Origin: Kineococcus radiotolerans SRS30216 = ATCC BAA-149
GTDB lineage: Bacteria; Actinomycetota; Actinomycetes; Actinomycetales; Kineococcaceae
Direction: 5' to 3'
Assembly: GCF_000017305.1 (NCBI RefSeq)
Contig: NC_009664.2
Coordinates: 2,220,001-2,252,000 of the forward strand
Length of the DNA: 32,000 nt
The notes below the pieces were generated by a model. That model ran no database searches. It had not been told where the DNA came from and saw only the letters and a program-made list of their open reading frames with translations. The position numbers and the translations under genes were made by a program. Positions 23,293 to 32,000 of this stretch are shown here, in pieces. Each line of letters begins with the position of its first letter. Position 1 is the first letter of the stretch.

Positions 23293-24665
23293 TGGCCACC
23301 GTGCTGCCCGTCTACCCCACCACCCGCCGCAACGTCGAGCTGCTGCTGGTGCTGCTCGCCGTCCTCATCGCCGGCGGTGCCTGGGCCGTCGTCGGCCTCA
23401 CCCTCGACGGCGCTGTGCCCCCGAACCTGCTCGCCTACGCCGGCGGCCTCGGCGGGCTCGCGGTGCTGCTGCACCTGCTGCTGCGCTGGCGGGCCAAGCA
23501 CGCCGACCCGCTGCTGCTGCCGGTGGCGACCCTGCTCAACGGCCTCGGCCTGGTGATGATCCACCGGATCGACCAGGCCCTGGACACCACCTCCGCGTCG
23601 CGGCAGTTCCTGTGGTCCGCGCTGGGGATCGTCGCGGCCGGGGTGGTGCTGGCGTTCGTCCGCGACCACCGCGTCCTGCGCCGCTACACCTGGACCGCGG
23701 CCGTGGCCGGTCTCGTCCTGCTGCTGCTGCCGCTGGTCCCGGGTCTGGGCCGCACCATCAACGGCGCCCGCATCTGGATCGGCCTCGGCCCGTTCTCCTT
23801 CCAGCCCGGGGAGCTCGCGAAGATCTGCCTGGCGGTGTTCTTCGCCGGCTACCTCGTCGTGCACCGCGACGCCCTCAGCCTCACCGGGCGCAAGGTCCTG
23901 TTCCTGCAGCTGCCCCGCGCGCGCGACCTCGGCCCGATCCTGCTGGCGTGGGTGGCGAGCATCGGCATCCTCGTCCTGCAGCGCGACCTGGGGACCTCGC
24001 TGCTGTTCTTCGGGCTGTTCGTCGCGGTGCTGTACGTGTCGACGGAGCGGGTCAGCTGGATCGTGCTCGGCCTGCTGATGTTCTCCGCCGCGGCGGTCTT
24101 CGCGGCGACGACGATGAGCCACGTCCAAGCCCGCGTGGACATCTGGCTGAACCCCTTCACCGCGGAGAACCGCACCGGGTCCGCCTACCAGCTCGTGCAG
24201 GGCCTGTACGGGATGGCCAACGGCGGGCTGATCGGCACCGGGCTGGGCGAGGGCCGGCCGCAGACCGTGCCCTACGCGAACTCCGACTTCATCTACTCCT
24301 CCCTGGGCGAGGAGCTCGGCCTCGTCGGGCTGTTCGCGGTGCTCGTCCTCTACGTCGTCCTCGTCGAGCGGGGTCTGCGCACCGCGATCGGCGTGCGCGA
24401 CGGGTTCGGCAAGCTGCTCGCCGCGGGGCTGGCGTTCTCCGTCACCCTGCAGGTGTTCGTCGTCGTCGGCGGGGTCACCCGGGTCATCCCGCTGACGGGC
24501 CTGACGATGCCGTTCCTGGCCGCCGGGGGGTCCTCGCTGGTGTCGAACTGGATCGTCGTCGCGCTGCTGCTGCGGGTGTCGGACCTGGCCCGGCGCCCCG
24601 CCGCGGAGGTCCGCAACGGCCCCGAGGGCGACACCGGCGTCACCCAGGCGGTGCGGATCCCGTGA
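23292..24665 (+). CDS. rodA: SEDS-family peptidoglycan glycosyltransferase RodA (FtsW/RodA/SpoVE)
   Basis: ATG 23292 overlaps the pstP stop by 1 nt (TGATG) and lies in frame in track ORF 21447..24665. The protein is a multi-TM protein with FQPGELAKI, SDFIYSSLGEELGLVG and PLTGLTMPFLAAGGSS motifs. Confidence 0.9.
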   Translation: MATVLPVYPTTRRNVELLLVLLAVLIAGGAWAVVGLTLDGAVPPNLLAYAGGLGGLAVLLHLLLRWRAKHADPLLLPVATLLNGLGLVMIHRIDQALDTTSASRQFLWSALGIVAAGVVLAFVRDHRVLRRYTWTAAVAGLVLLLLPLVPGLGRTINGARIWIGLGPFSFQPGELAKICLAVFFAGYLVVHRDALSLTGRKVLFLQLPRARDLGPILLAWVASIGILVLQRDLGTSLLFFGLFVAVLYVSTERVSWIVLGLLMFSAAAVFAATTMSHVQARVDIWLNPFTAENRTGSAYQLVQGLYGMANGGLIGTGLGEGRPQTVPYANSDFIYSSLGEELGLVGLFAVLVLYVVLVERGLRTAIGVRDGFGKLLAAGLAFSVTLQVFVVVGGVTRVIPLTGLTMPFLAAGGSSLVSNWIVVALLLRVSDLARRPAAEVRNGPEGDTGVTQAVRIP

Positions 24666-26119
24666 ACCGTCCCCTGCGCCGGCTGTCCCTCGTGGTCGCC
24701 TTCCTGTTCTTCGCGCTGTTCGCCTCCACGACGTGGGTCCAGTTCATCCGCGCCGGCCAGCTCAACGCGATGCCGGGCAACTCCCGGCAGCTGTACGCGG
24801 AGTTCGGCCGCGAGCGGGGCGCGATCCTCGTCGCCGGGGGCGCGGCCATCGCCGCCAGCGTCCCCTCCGGGGACCAGTACGAGAAGCTGCGCACCTACGC
24901 CGCCGGCCCGCTGTACGCGCCCGTCACCGGCTACTACTCGCTGCGCTACGGGACCTCGGGGATCGAGCGGTCCGAGAACGACCTGCTGGCCGGGTCCTCG
25001 GACGAGCTGTTCTACCGCAACCTCTCCAGCCTGCTGACCGGGGAGAAGCCCAGCGGCGCCTCCGTCGAGCTGACCATCCGCCCCAAGGTCCAGCAGGCCG
25101 CGTGGGACGCCCTCGACGGGCGCAAGGGCGCCGTCGTCGCGCTGGACCCCGCGACCGGCGACGTGCTGGCGATGGTGTCCAGCCCCAGCTACGACCCCAA
25201 CACCCTCGCCTCCCACGACGGCGACACCGAGGCGCAGGCGTGGGACGCGCTGAACGCCGACGAGGACGACCCGCTGGTCAACCGGGCCACCAGCACCCTC
25301 TACCCGCCGGGCTCGACGTTCAAGGTCATCACCGCGGCCGCGGCGCTGGAGAGCGGCGACTACACCGCCGACACGCTGCTGAAGGGCCCGCAGGAACTGC
25401 CCCTGCCGCAGACCAGCAACACCCTGAAGAACGACGAGGGCACCGCCTGCGGCCCGAACGACCAGGTCTCCCTCGCGGACGCGCTGCGGATCTCCTGCAA
25501 CACCGCGTTCGGCGACCTGGGCCTGACCCTCGGCGCGGACGCGCTGCAGGAGCAGGCCGAGAAGTTCGGGTTCGGGCAGTCGCTGTCGATCCCCACGACG
25601 GTCGCGACCAGTCGCTACCCCACCGGCGACGACGTCGCCGGCCCGCTGCTGGCCTACTCCGCGATCGGCCAGGGCAGCGACGTCGCGACCCCGCTGCAGG
25701 TCGCGATGATCTCCGCGGCCGTCGCCAACGACGGGGTCGTCATGCGGCCCAACCTCATCGCCAACGTCCGCGACGCCGACGCCCAGGTCGTCGAGCAGCC
25801 CTCCCCGGAGGAGCTCGGCCGCGCCGTCAGCTCCGAGACCGCCGGGACGCTGCGGGACATGATGGAACTCGTCGTGTCCTCCGGGACGGGGTCCCGGGCG
25901 CAGATCGAGGGGGCCACCGTCGGGGGCAAGACGGGCACCGCGCAGCACGGGGCGGGGCTGCCGCCGTACGCCTGGTTCACCTCCTTCGCCCAGCGGGGCG
26001 ACCGGCAGGTGGCCGTGGCGGTGGTCATCGAGGACGGCGGCTCGACCGAGAGCGCCTACGGCGGCCGGTTGTCGGCGCCGGTGGCGAAGACGGTGATGGA
26101 GGCGGCGCTCGATGGCTGA
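24662..26119 (+). CDS. pbpA: Class B penicillin-binding protein PbpA (transpeptidase)
   Basis: GTG 24662 overlaps the rodA stop (GTGA) and lies in frame in track ORF 23612..26119. It has an N-terminal TM, then the active-site motifs PPGSTFKVITAAAAL (SxxK) and GGKTGTA (KTG). Confidence 0.9.
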   Translation: MNRPLRRLSLVVAFLFFALFASTTWVQFIRAGQLNAMPGNSRQLYAEFGRERGAILVAGGAAIAASVPSGDQYEKLRTYAAGPLYAPVTGYYSLRYGTSGIERSENDLLAGSSDELFYRNLSSLLTGEKPSGASVELTIRPKVQQAAWDALDGRKGAVVALDPATGDVLAMVSSPSYDPNTLASHDGDTEAQAWDALNADEDDPLVNRATSTLYPPGSTFKVITAAAALESGDYTADTLLKGPQELPLPQTSNTLKNDEGTACGPNDQVSLADALRISCNTAFGDLGLTLGADALQEQAEKFGFGQSLSIPTTVATSRYPTGDDVAGPLLAYSAIGQGSDVATPLQVAMISAAVANDGVVMRPNLIANVRDADAQVVEQPSPEELGRAVSSETAGTLRDMMELVVSSGTGSRAQIEGATVGGKTGTAQHGAGLPPYAWFTSFAQRGDRQVAVAVVIEDGGSTESAYGGRLSAPVAKTVMEAALDG

Positions 26120-26182
26120 CCCGATGGTCGGAACGCACGCTGATCGGGTAGGACTGCTGGGACGAACGGGGCGAGGAGAGCT

Positions 26183-28164
<1,982 letters not shown>

Positions 28165-28168
<4 letters not shown>

Positions 28169-28989
28169 CCCGCGTCCTGCAGCTGTCCGACACCCACCTG
28201 ATGGCGGCCGGCGCCCTGCACAACGGGCTCGTCGACACCACCGCCGCCCTCGTCCACGCGCTGGAGGCGCTGCGGGACGTCGGGCCCCTCGACGCCGTCG
28301 TCGTCTCCGGGGACGTCTCCGACGACGGGACGGTCGCCTCCTACGAGGCGGCGCGCGACCTGGTGGGGGGCTTCGCCGCCGAGCGCGGCGCGGTGGCGGT
28401 GTTCGCGATGGGCAACCACGACGTCGCCGGGCCGTTCGAGCAGGTGCTGGGGCCGACGCGCTCGGTCCACGACGTCGCCGGGGTGCGGATCGTCGTCCTC
28501 GACTCCTCCGTCCCCGGCCGCGGGTACGGGGAGCTGCCGGCGGAGCAGCTGTCCTGGGCGCGCGAGGTGCTGGCGGACCCCGCCCCGCGGGGTTCGGTCG
28601 TCGTGGTCCACCACTCCCCGCTGCCGGCCCCCACCGTCCTGCACGAGGGGCTGCGGTTGCAGCGGCCGGCGGAGCTGCTCGACGCGCTGGCCGGGACCGA
28701 CGTCCGGGCCGTGCTGTCGGGGCACTACCACCACCCCTTCGCCGCGACCCTGCCCTCCGGGCTCGCCGCGTTCGTCGCGCCCGCGGTGGCCAACCGCTGC
28801 GACGTGCTCGTCGCGCCCGGCCGCGAGCGGATCCTGCGCGGCAGCGGGGCCCTGCTCGTCGACCTCGACGAGCGGGGGGTGCGCGCGACGGTGCTGACCG
28901 TGCCCGTCCCCGGCGACGGGGAGGAGCTGTTCGTCCTCGACGAGGAGACCGTCACCCGGATCCTCGCGCAGGCCGGCGTCCCCGGCTGA
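28165..28989 (+). CDS. Calcineurin-like metallophosphoesterase, class III cyclic-nucleotide phosphodiesterase (CpdA/Rv0805)-like
   Basis: GTG 28165 overlaps the pknB stop (GTGA) and lies in frame in track ORF 26488..28989. Shine-Dalgarno GAGGAGGAG at 28154-28162. All metal-binding motifs are present: LSDTHL (DxH), VVSGDVSDDG (GD), AMGNHDV (GNHD), VVVHHSP (H), LSGHYHHP (GHxH). Confidence 0.82.
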
Positions 28990-28991
28990 CC

Positions 28992-29020
28992 GCGCGCCGG
29001 CGGGAGCCCCGCCGGCGCGC
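28992..29020. terminator. Bidirectional terminator-like hairpin (perfect 12-bp stem gcgcgccggcgg / ccgccggcgcgc, loop gagcc) between convergent genes
   Basis: Checked base by base. It lies 3 nt after the phosphoesterase stop and 12 nt after the PRC-barrel gene stop. Confidence 0.6.
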
Positions 29021-29031
29021 GGTGGGCCGCC

Positions 29032-29823
29032 TCAGCCGGCCCGGCCCCGCAGGAAGGCGCGGACCTTGCCCAGCAGCGAGCCGGAGCGGTCCCCGGCCGG
29101 CGCGGTGCTCCGCGGGGCGGTGGTGTCGGGACGGGGCTCGGGGCTGGGGGTCGGGGTCGGGGTCGCGGGGGCGGCCGGCGCCCCCGCCTCTTGGACCGGC
29201 TGCTCCACCGGCTCCTGAACCGGCTGTTCCACCGGCTCCTCGACCCGCTGCCCCAGCGGCTCCTCGACCGGCTGGACCGGCTGGACCGTCTCGACCGGCT
29301 GCGCCACCGGCTCCTCGACACCGGCGCGGTGACGGCCCGCCGGGGCGTCCGGGCCGGCCGGGTCCGCGGGGGCGAGCGGCTCGGCGGGCTCGCCGGCCGG
29401 CTCGGCCGGGTCCCCGACCAGCTCGCCGGGGTCCCCGACGAGCTCGCCCGGGTCGCCCAGCAGCTCGCCCGGGTCGCCGCTCGGCGCGTCGGCGTCGGGC
29501 ACGACGCGGTCGGCGGCCGGGGTGCCGTAGTGGTCGTGCAGGGCTTCCTCGTCGGCGGGCGTCAGGGCGCTGCCGAGGGGGTGCCGCGGCGCCCCCTCGA
29601 CCTGCGCGGCAGTGGAGGTCACCACGAGGGTGTCGTGGCTGAACCAGGCGCCCGCCAGCGGGAGCAGCGACACGTCGGTCTCGACGATCCCGGTCCGGAC
29701 CCACGCCCAGCGCGGGGTGCCCGCCCGCGGGTGCGCGTCGACGACGAGTCCGAGCCGTTCTCCCGTCCCGGTCATCGCGACCGTTCCGGTGAGGGTTCCT
29801 GCGTCGGGGAGTTCGGGTGCCAT
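29032..29823 (-). CDS. PRC-barrel domain protein with long acidic/Pro-rich repeat tail
   Basis: ATG 29823. The N-terminal about 100 aa match the PRC-barrel pattern (LTGTVAMTGTGERLGLVVDAHPRAGTPRWAWVRTGIVETDVSLLPLAGAWFSHDTLVV...VEGAP...LTPADEEALHDHYG). The tail contains (GDPGELV)3 and P-V-E/Q repeats. Confidence 0.75.
   Translation of the reverse strand: MAPELPDAGTLTGTVAMTGTGERLGLVVDAHPRAGTPRWAWVRTGIVETDVSLLPLAGAWFSHDTLVVTSTAAQVEGAPRHPLGSALTPADEEALHDHYGTPAADRVVPDADAPSGDPGELLGDPGELVGDPGELVGDPAEPAGEPAEPLAPADPAGPDAPAGRHRAGVEEPVAQPVETVQPVQPVEEPLGQRVEEPVEQPVQEPVEQPVQEAGAPAAPATPTPTPSPEPRPDTTAPRSTAPAGDRSGSLLGKVRAFLRGRAG
29193..29319. repeat. Degenerate short-period coding repeats (caccggctcctc/gaccggctg-type units) encoding VEEPV/EQPVQ/QPVQPV repeats of the PRC-barrel protein tail
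   Basis: Repeated ccggct(g/c) and ctcctcgac strings are visible on direct reading. The translated tail is VEEPVAQPVETVQPVQPVEEPLGQRVEEPVEQPVQEPVEQPVQE. Confidence 0.7.
29408..29470. repeat. 21-bp tandem repeat x3 (plus a partial fourth) encoding GDPGELL/GDPGELV/GDPGELV
   Basis: Units at 29408-29428, 29429-29449 and 29450-29470: gggtccccgaccagctcgccg / gggtccccgacgagctcgccc / gggtcgcccagcagctcgccc. Confidence 0.85.
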
Positions 29824-29966
29824 GGTGTCCTGCTCATCCTGTTCCGCAACCGGCCCGGCTGCTGTCGGGTGGGTCGTCCCACGTCACCGCCACGACCCGC
29901 GGTCTCGGCCGTCGGTCCCGCGGCGGTCCGCGCCACCGTACGGGGCGCGGGCGCGGCGGGCGAGCA

Positions 29967-30011
29967 GAGCGCCCCGGGGCCGCCCGCGGCGCAGGAGCCT
30001 CCGGGGCGCTC
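29967..30011 (-). terminator. Hairpin downstream of the usp gene (11-bp perfect stem gagcgccccgg / ccggggcgctc, 23-nt loop)
   Basis: Read directly from the sequence. The large loop and absence of a U-tract make its function uncertain. Confidence 0.3.
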
Positions 30012-30026
30012 CGGGGGTCGCGCCGC

Positions 30027-30425
30027 TCAGGTCCGGGGGGCCTTCACCGCCAGCACCGGGCAGTCCGCCTCCAGCAGGACCGTCTGCGCCTCGGACCCGA
30101 AGATCAGCTTGCCGGTGGGGCTGCGGCGGCGGATGCCGATGACGATGGCCGACGCCGCGACGTCCTCCGCCGTCGCCAGCAGGGCCTCCGCGGGGTCGCG
30201 GTCGTCGATGCGCCGGTCGAGGTGGAACTCCACCCCGGCCTCCTCCAGCCGGGCCCGCACCTGCGCCCACCCCTCCTCGTCGGCGTAGCGGGGGTCGACG
30301 ACCTTGTCCCCGCGGGAGGTGTTCAGCACGTGCAGCGGCTCGCCGCGGCGGTCGGACTCGTCGAGGGCGAACGTCAGGGCGGCGTCGCCGGCGGGGGTGG
30401 GGGTGTACCCGACGAGGATGGTCAC
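30027..30425 (-). CDS. Universal stress protein (UspA family)
   Basis: GTG 30425 overlaps the tctA stop (GTGA). (M)[20 protein letters not shown]...[34 protein letters not shown] has the USP fold pattern, with the C-terminal G...G-x4-GS nucleotide-loop region. Confidence 0.85.
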   Translation of the reverse strand: MTILVGYTPTPAGDAALTFALDESDRRGEPLHVLNTSRGDKVVDPRYADEEGWAQVRARLEEAGVEFHLDRRIDDRDPAEALLATAEDVAASAIVIGIRRRSPTGKLIFGSEAQTVLLEADCPVLAVKAPRT

Positions 30426-31978
30426 GTGGTCTCCCGTTCCGCCCCGGCCTTCACCGGGGCGTCGTCAGCGTGGGCGGTGGCGAGGACCGTCTCGCCCAGC
30501 CGCCGCGCGCGGCGCTTCAGCCAGGCGCTGGCGGCCAGCAGCACGACGAGGCTGCTGTAGACGACGACGGTGAAGGGCGAGGCGACCAGGGTCGTCAGGT
30601 CGCCCTGGCTGATCTGCAGCGCGCGGCGCAGGTTCTCCTCGGCCAGCGGGCCGAGGATGAGGCCGATGACGGCGGGGGCCACGGGGAACCCGTGCACCCG
30701 CATGACCCAGCCCACCAGCCCCAGCAGGAACAGCAGCACGAGGTCGGTGGTGGAGGCCCCCACCGAGTAGCTGCCGAGGGCGGCGAAGGTGAGGATCCCG
30801 GCGTAGAGGTAGGGCCGGGGGATCTGCAGCAGCTTCACCCACACCCGCGCCAGCGGCAGGTTCAGCACCAGCAGCAGCAGGTTCCCCACGTAGAGGCTGG
30901 CGACCAGGGCCCACACCAGCGGTCCCTCGTCCACGAACAGCGTGGGTCCGGGGTCGATGCCGTAGCTCTGGAACGCGACGAGGATGACCGCGGCCGTCGC
31001 CGACGTCGGCAGCCCCAGGGTGAGCAGGGGCACGAGCACCCCGGCGGCGGCGGCGTTGTTCGCCGCCTCCGGCCCGGCGACGCCCTCGATGGCGCCCTTG
31101 CCGAACTCCTGCTTCCGGCGGGACACCTTGCGCTCCAGGCCGTAGGACAGGAACGTCGCGACGTCGGCCCCGCCGGCGGGGATCGTCCCGACCGGGAACC
31201 CCACGAGGGAACCCCGCAGCCACGCCGGCCACGACCGGCGGAGGTCGGCGCGGGTGAACCAGGAACCCGACACCGGGACCAGCGGCAGCGGCCCGCGCCG
31301 CATCCGCGCCGCCACCAGCAGCGCCTCCCCGACGGCGAAGAACCCCACCGCGACGACGACGACGTCGATCCCGTCGGCCAGCGCGGGCAGCCCGAAGGTG
31401 AACCGCTGCTGCCCGGTGAGGGTGTCGGTGCCCATGAGGCCGATGAACAGCCCCAGGCCCAGCGACGCCAGCCCGCGGGCGGGGGAACCGCCGAGGACGG
31501 CGGCGACGGTGAGGAACGCCACCACCATGAGGGCGACGAAGTCGCGGGGGCCGAGCCCGACGGCGAGTTCGGCCAGCCGGGGCGCCAGCAGCGTCAGCAG
31601 CAGGGTGCCGATGGTGCCGGCCACGAACGACCCGATGGCGGCCGTGGCCAGGGCCGCGGCCCCGCGCCCGGCGCGGGCCATCGCGTTGCCCTCCAGGGCC
31701 GTGATGATCGAGGCGGACTCCCCCGGGGTGTTCAGCAGGATCGACGTCGTCGACCCGCCGTACATGCCGCCGTAGTAGATGCCGGCGAACATGATGAGCG
31801 CGGCCTCGGGTTCCAGCGTGTACGTCAGCGGCAGCAGCAGCGCCACCGTCATCGCCGGGCCGATGCCGGGCAGGACGCCGACGGCGGTGCCGACGGTGAC
31901 CCCGAGCAGCGCGTAGAGCAGGTAGACGGGGTTCAGCGCGGTGGCGAACCCGTCGGCGAGGAGGGCGAAGTCACCCAA
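30422..31978 (-). CDS. tctA: Tripartite tricarboxylate transporter large permease TctA
   Basis: Track ORF, TTG start. [54 protein letters not shown] and [13 protein letters not shown] are TctA signatures. The last 17 nt of the window (minus strand ...RWGE-TGA at 31985-31987) look like the end of an upstream tctB, but that is too short to call. Confidence 0.9.
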   Translation of the reverse strand: MGDFALLADGFATALNPVYLLYALLGVTVGTAVGVLPGIGPAMTVALLLPLTYTLEPEAALIMFAGIYYGGMYGGSTTSILLNTPGESASIITALEGNAMARAGRGAAALATAAIGSFVAGTIGTLLLTLLAPRLAELAVGLGPRDFVALMVVAFLTVAAVLGGSPARGLASLGLGLFIGLMGTDTLTGQQRFTFGLPALADGIDVVVVAVGFFAVGEALLVAARMRRGPLPLVPVSGSWFTRADLRRSWPAWLRGSLVGFPVGTIPAGGADVATFLSYGLERKVSRRKQEFGKGAIEGVAGPEAANNAAAAGVLVPLLTLGLPTSATAAVILVAFQSYGIDPGPTLFVDEGPLVWALVASLYVGNLLLLVLNLPLARVWVKLLQIPRPYLYAGILTFAALGSYSVGASTTDLVLLFLLGLVGWVMRVHGFPVAPAVIGLILGPLAEENLRRALQISQGDLTTLVASPFTVVVYSSLVVLLAASAWLKRRARRLGETVLATAHADDAPVKAGAERETT

Positions 31979-32000
31979 AGCCGATCACTCCCCCCAGCGG

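Noticed and set aside
26120-26182. Absence of pknA between pbpA and pknB as a possible deletion or novelty
   Set aside because: Single-kinase versions of this operon are, as far as I recall, normal in several actinobacterial lineages (for example Streptomyces). The 63-bp gap shows no gene remnant, so this is not evidence of anything unusual.
26120-26182. Weak hairpin (acccgat…atcgggt) in the pbpA-pknB spacer as an internal terminator
   Set aside because: It has only a 7-bp stem with a 17-nt loop. The spacer more likely just carries the pknB Shine-Dalgarno (GAGGAGAG) and possibly an internal promoter.
31985-32000. Possible 3' end of tctB on the minus strand at the window edge
   Set aside because: Only five codons plus a stop are visible. 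The call is plausible from context but cannot be supported from sequence.

Overview
Very GC-rich actinobacterial chromosomal DNA; codon third positions are almost all G/C, so every real gene casts long Arg/Gly/Pro/Ala-rich shadow ORFs in other frames. I called genes by reading the translations for recognisable family motifs, signal peptides, Shine-Dalgarno spacing and G/C3 bias. No searches were run. The core is the conserved actinobacterial cell-wall and division signalling operon fhaA-fhaB-pstP-rodA-pbpA-pknB (20655-28168). A divergent tRNA-Leu(CAG) lies upstream, as in mycobacteria. There is only one kinase (no pknA). A CpdA/Rv0805-like metallophosphoesterase is translationally coupled to the pknB stop. 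The rest is a mix of housekeeping and accessory genes:
- a GAF-PAS-PAS sensor (3' end off window), divergent from an RsbW-like kinase
- GH15, GNAT, a DhaL-like protein, YceI, a lycopene-cyclase-family protein and MscL
- a membrane GGDEF-EAL enzyme, a PF09818-type ABC-ATPase and NmrA
- a Tat-exported flavin amine oxidase with a secreted RidA
- a PPOX/F420 protein, an ECF sigma factor with an upstream membrane protein, DJ-1/PfpI and a GH43 arabinanase
- a repeat-rich PRC-barrel protein, and tctA coupled to a usp gene

I see no transposase, integrase, CRISPR array or recognisable defence or biosynthetic cluster, and I cannot point to a clear-cut novel multi-gene system. The most unusual items are:
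- a small secreted protein built of identical SVSAGHLR octapeptide cassettes that differ only at synonymous sites
- the pknB-phosphodiesterase coupling
- the (Asn-Gly)8 microsatellite tail of PknB
- the exported oxidase/RidA pair
- the tctA-usp coupling

All family assignments need HMM or BLAST confirmation.
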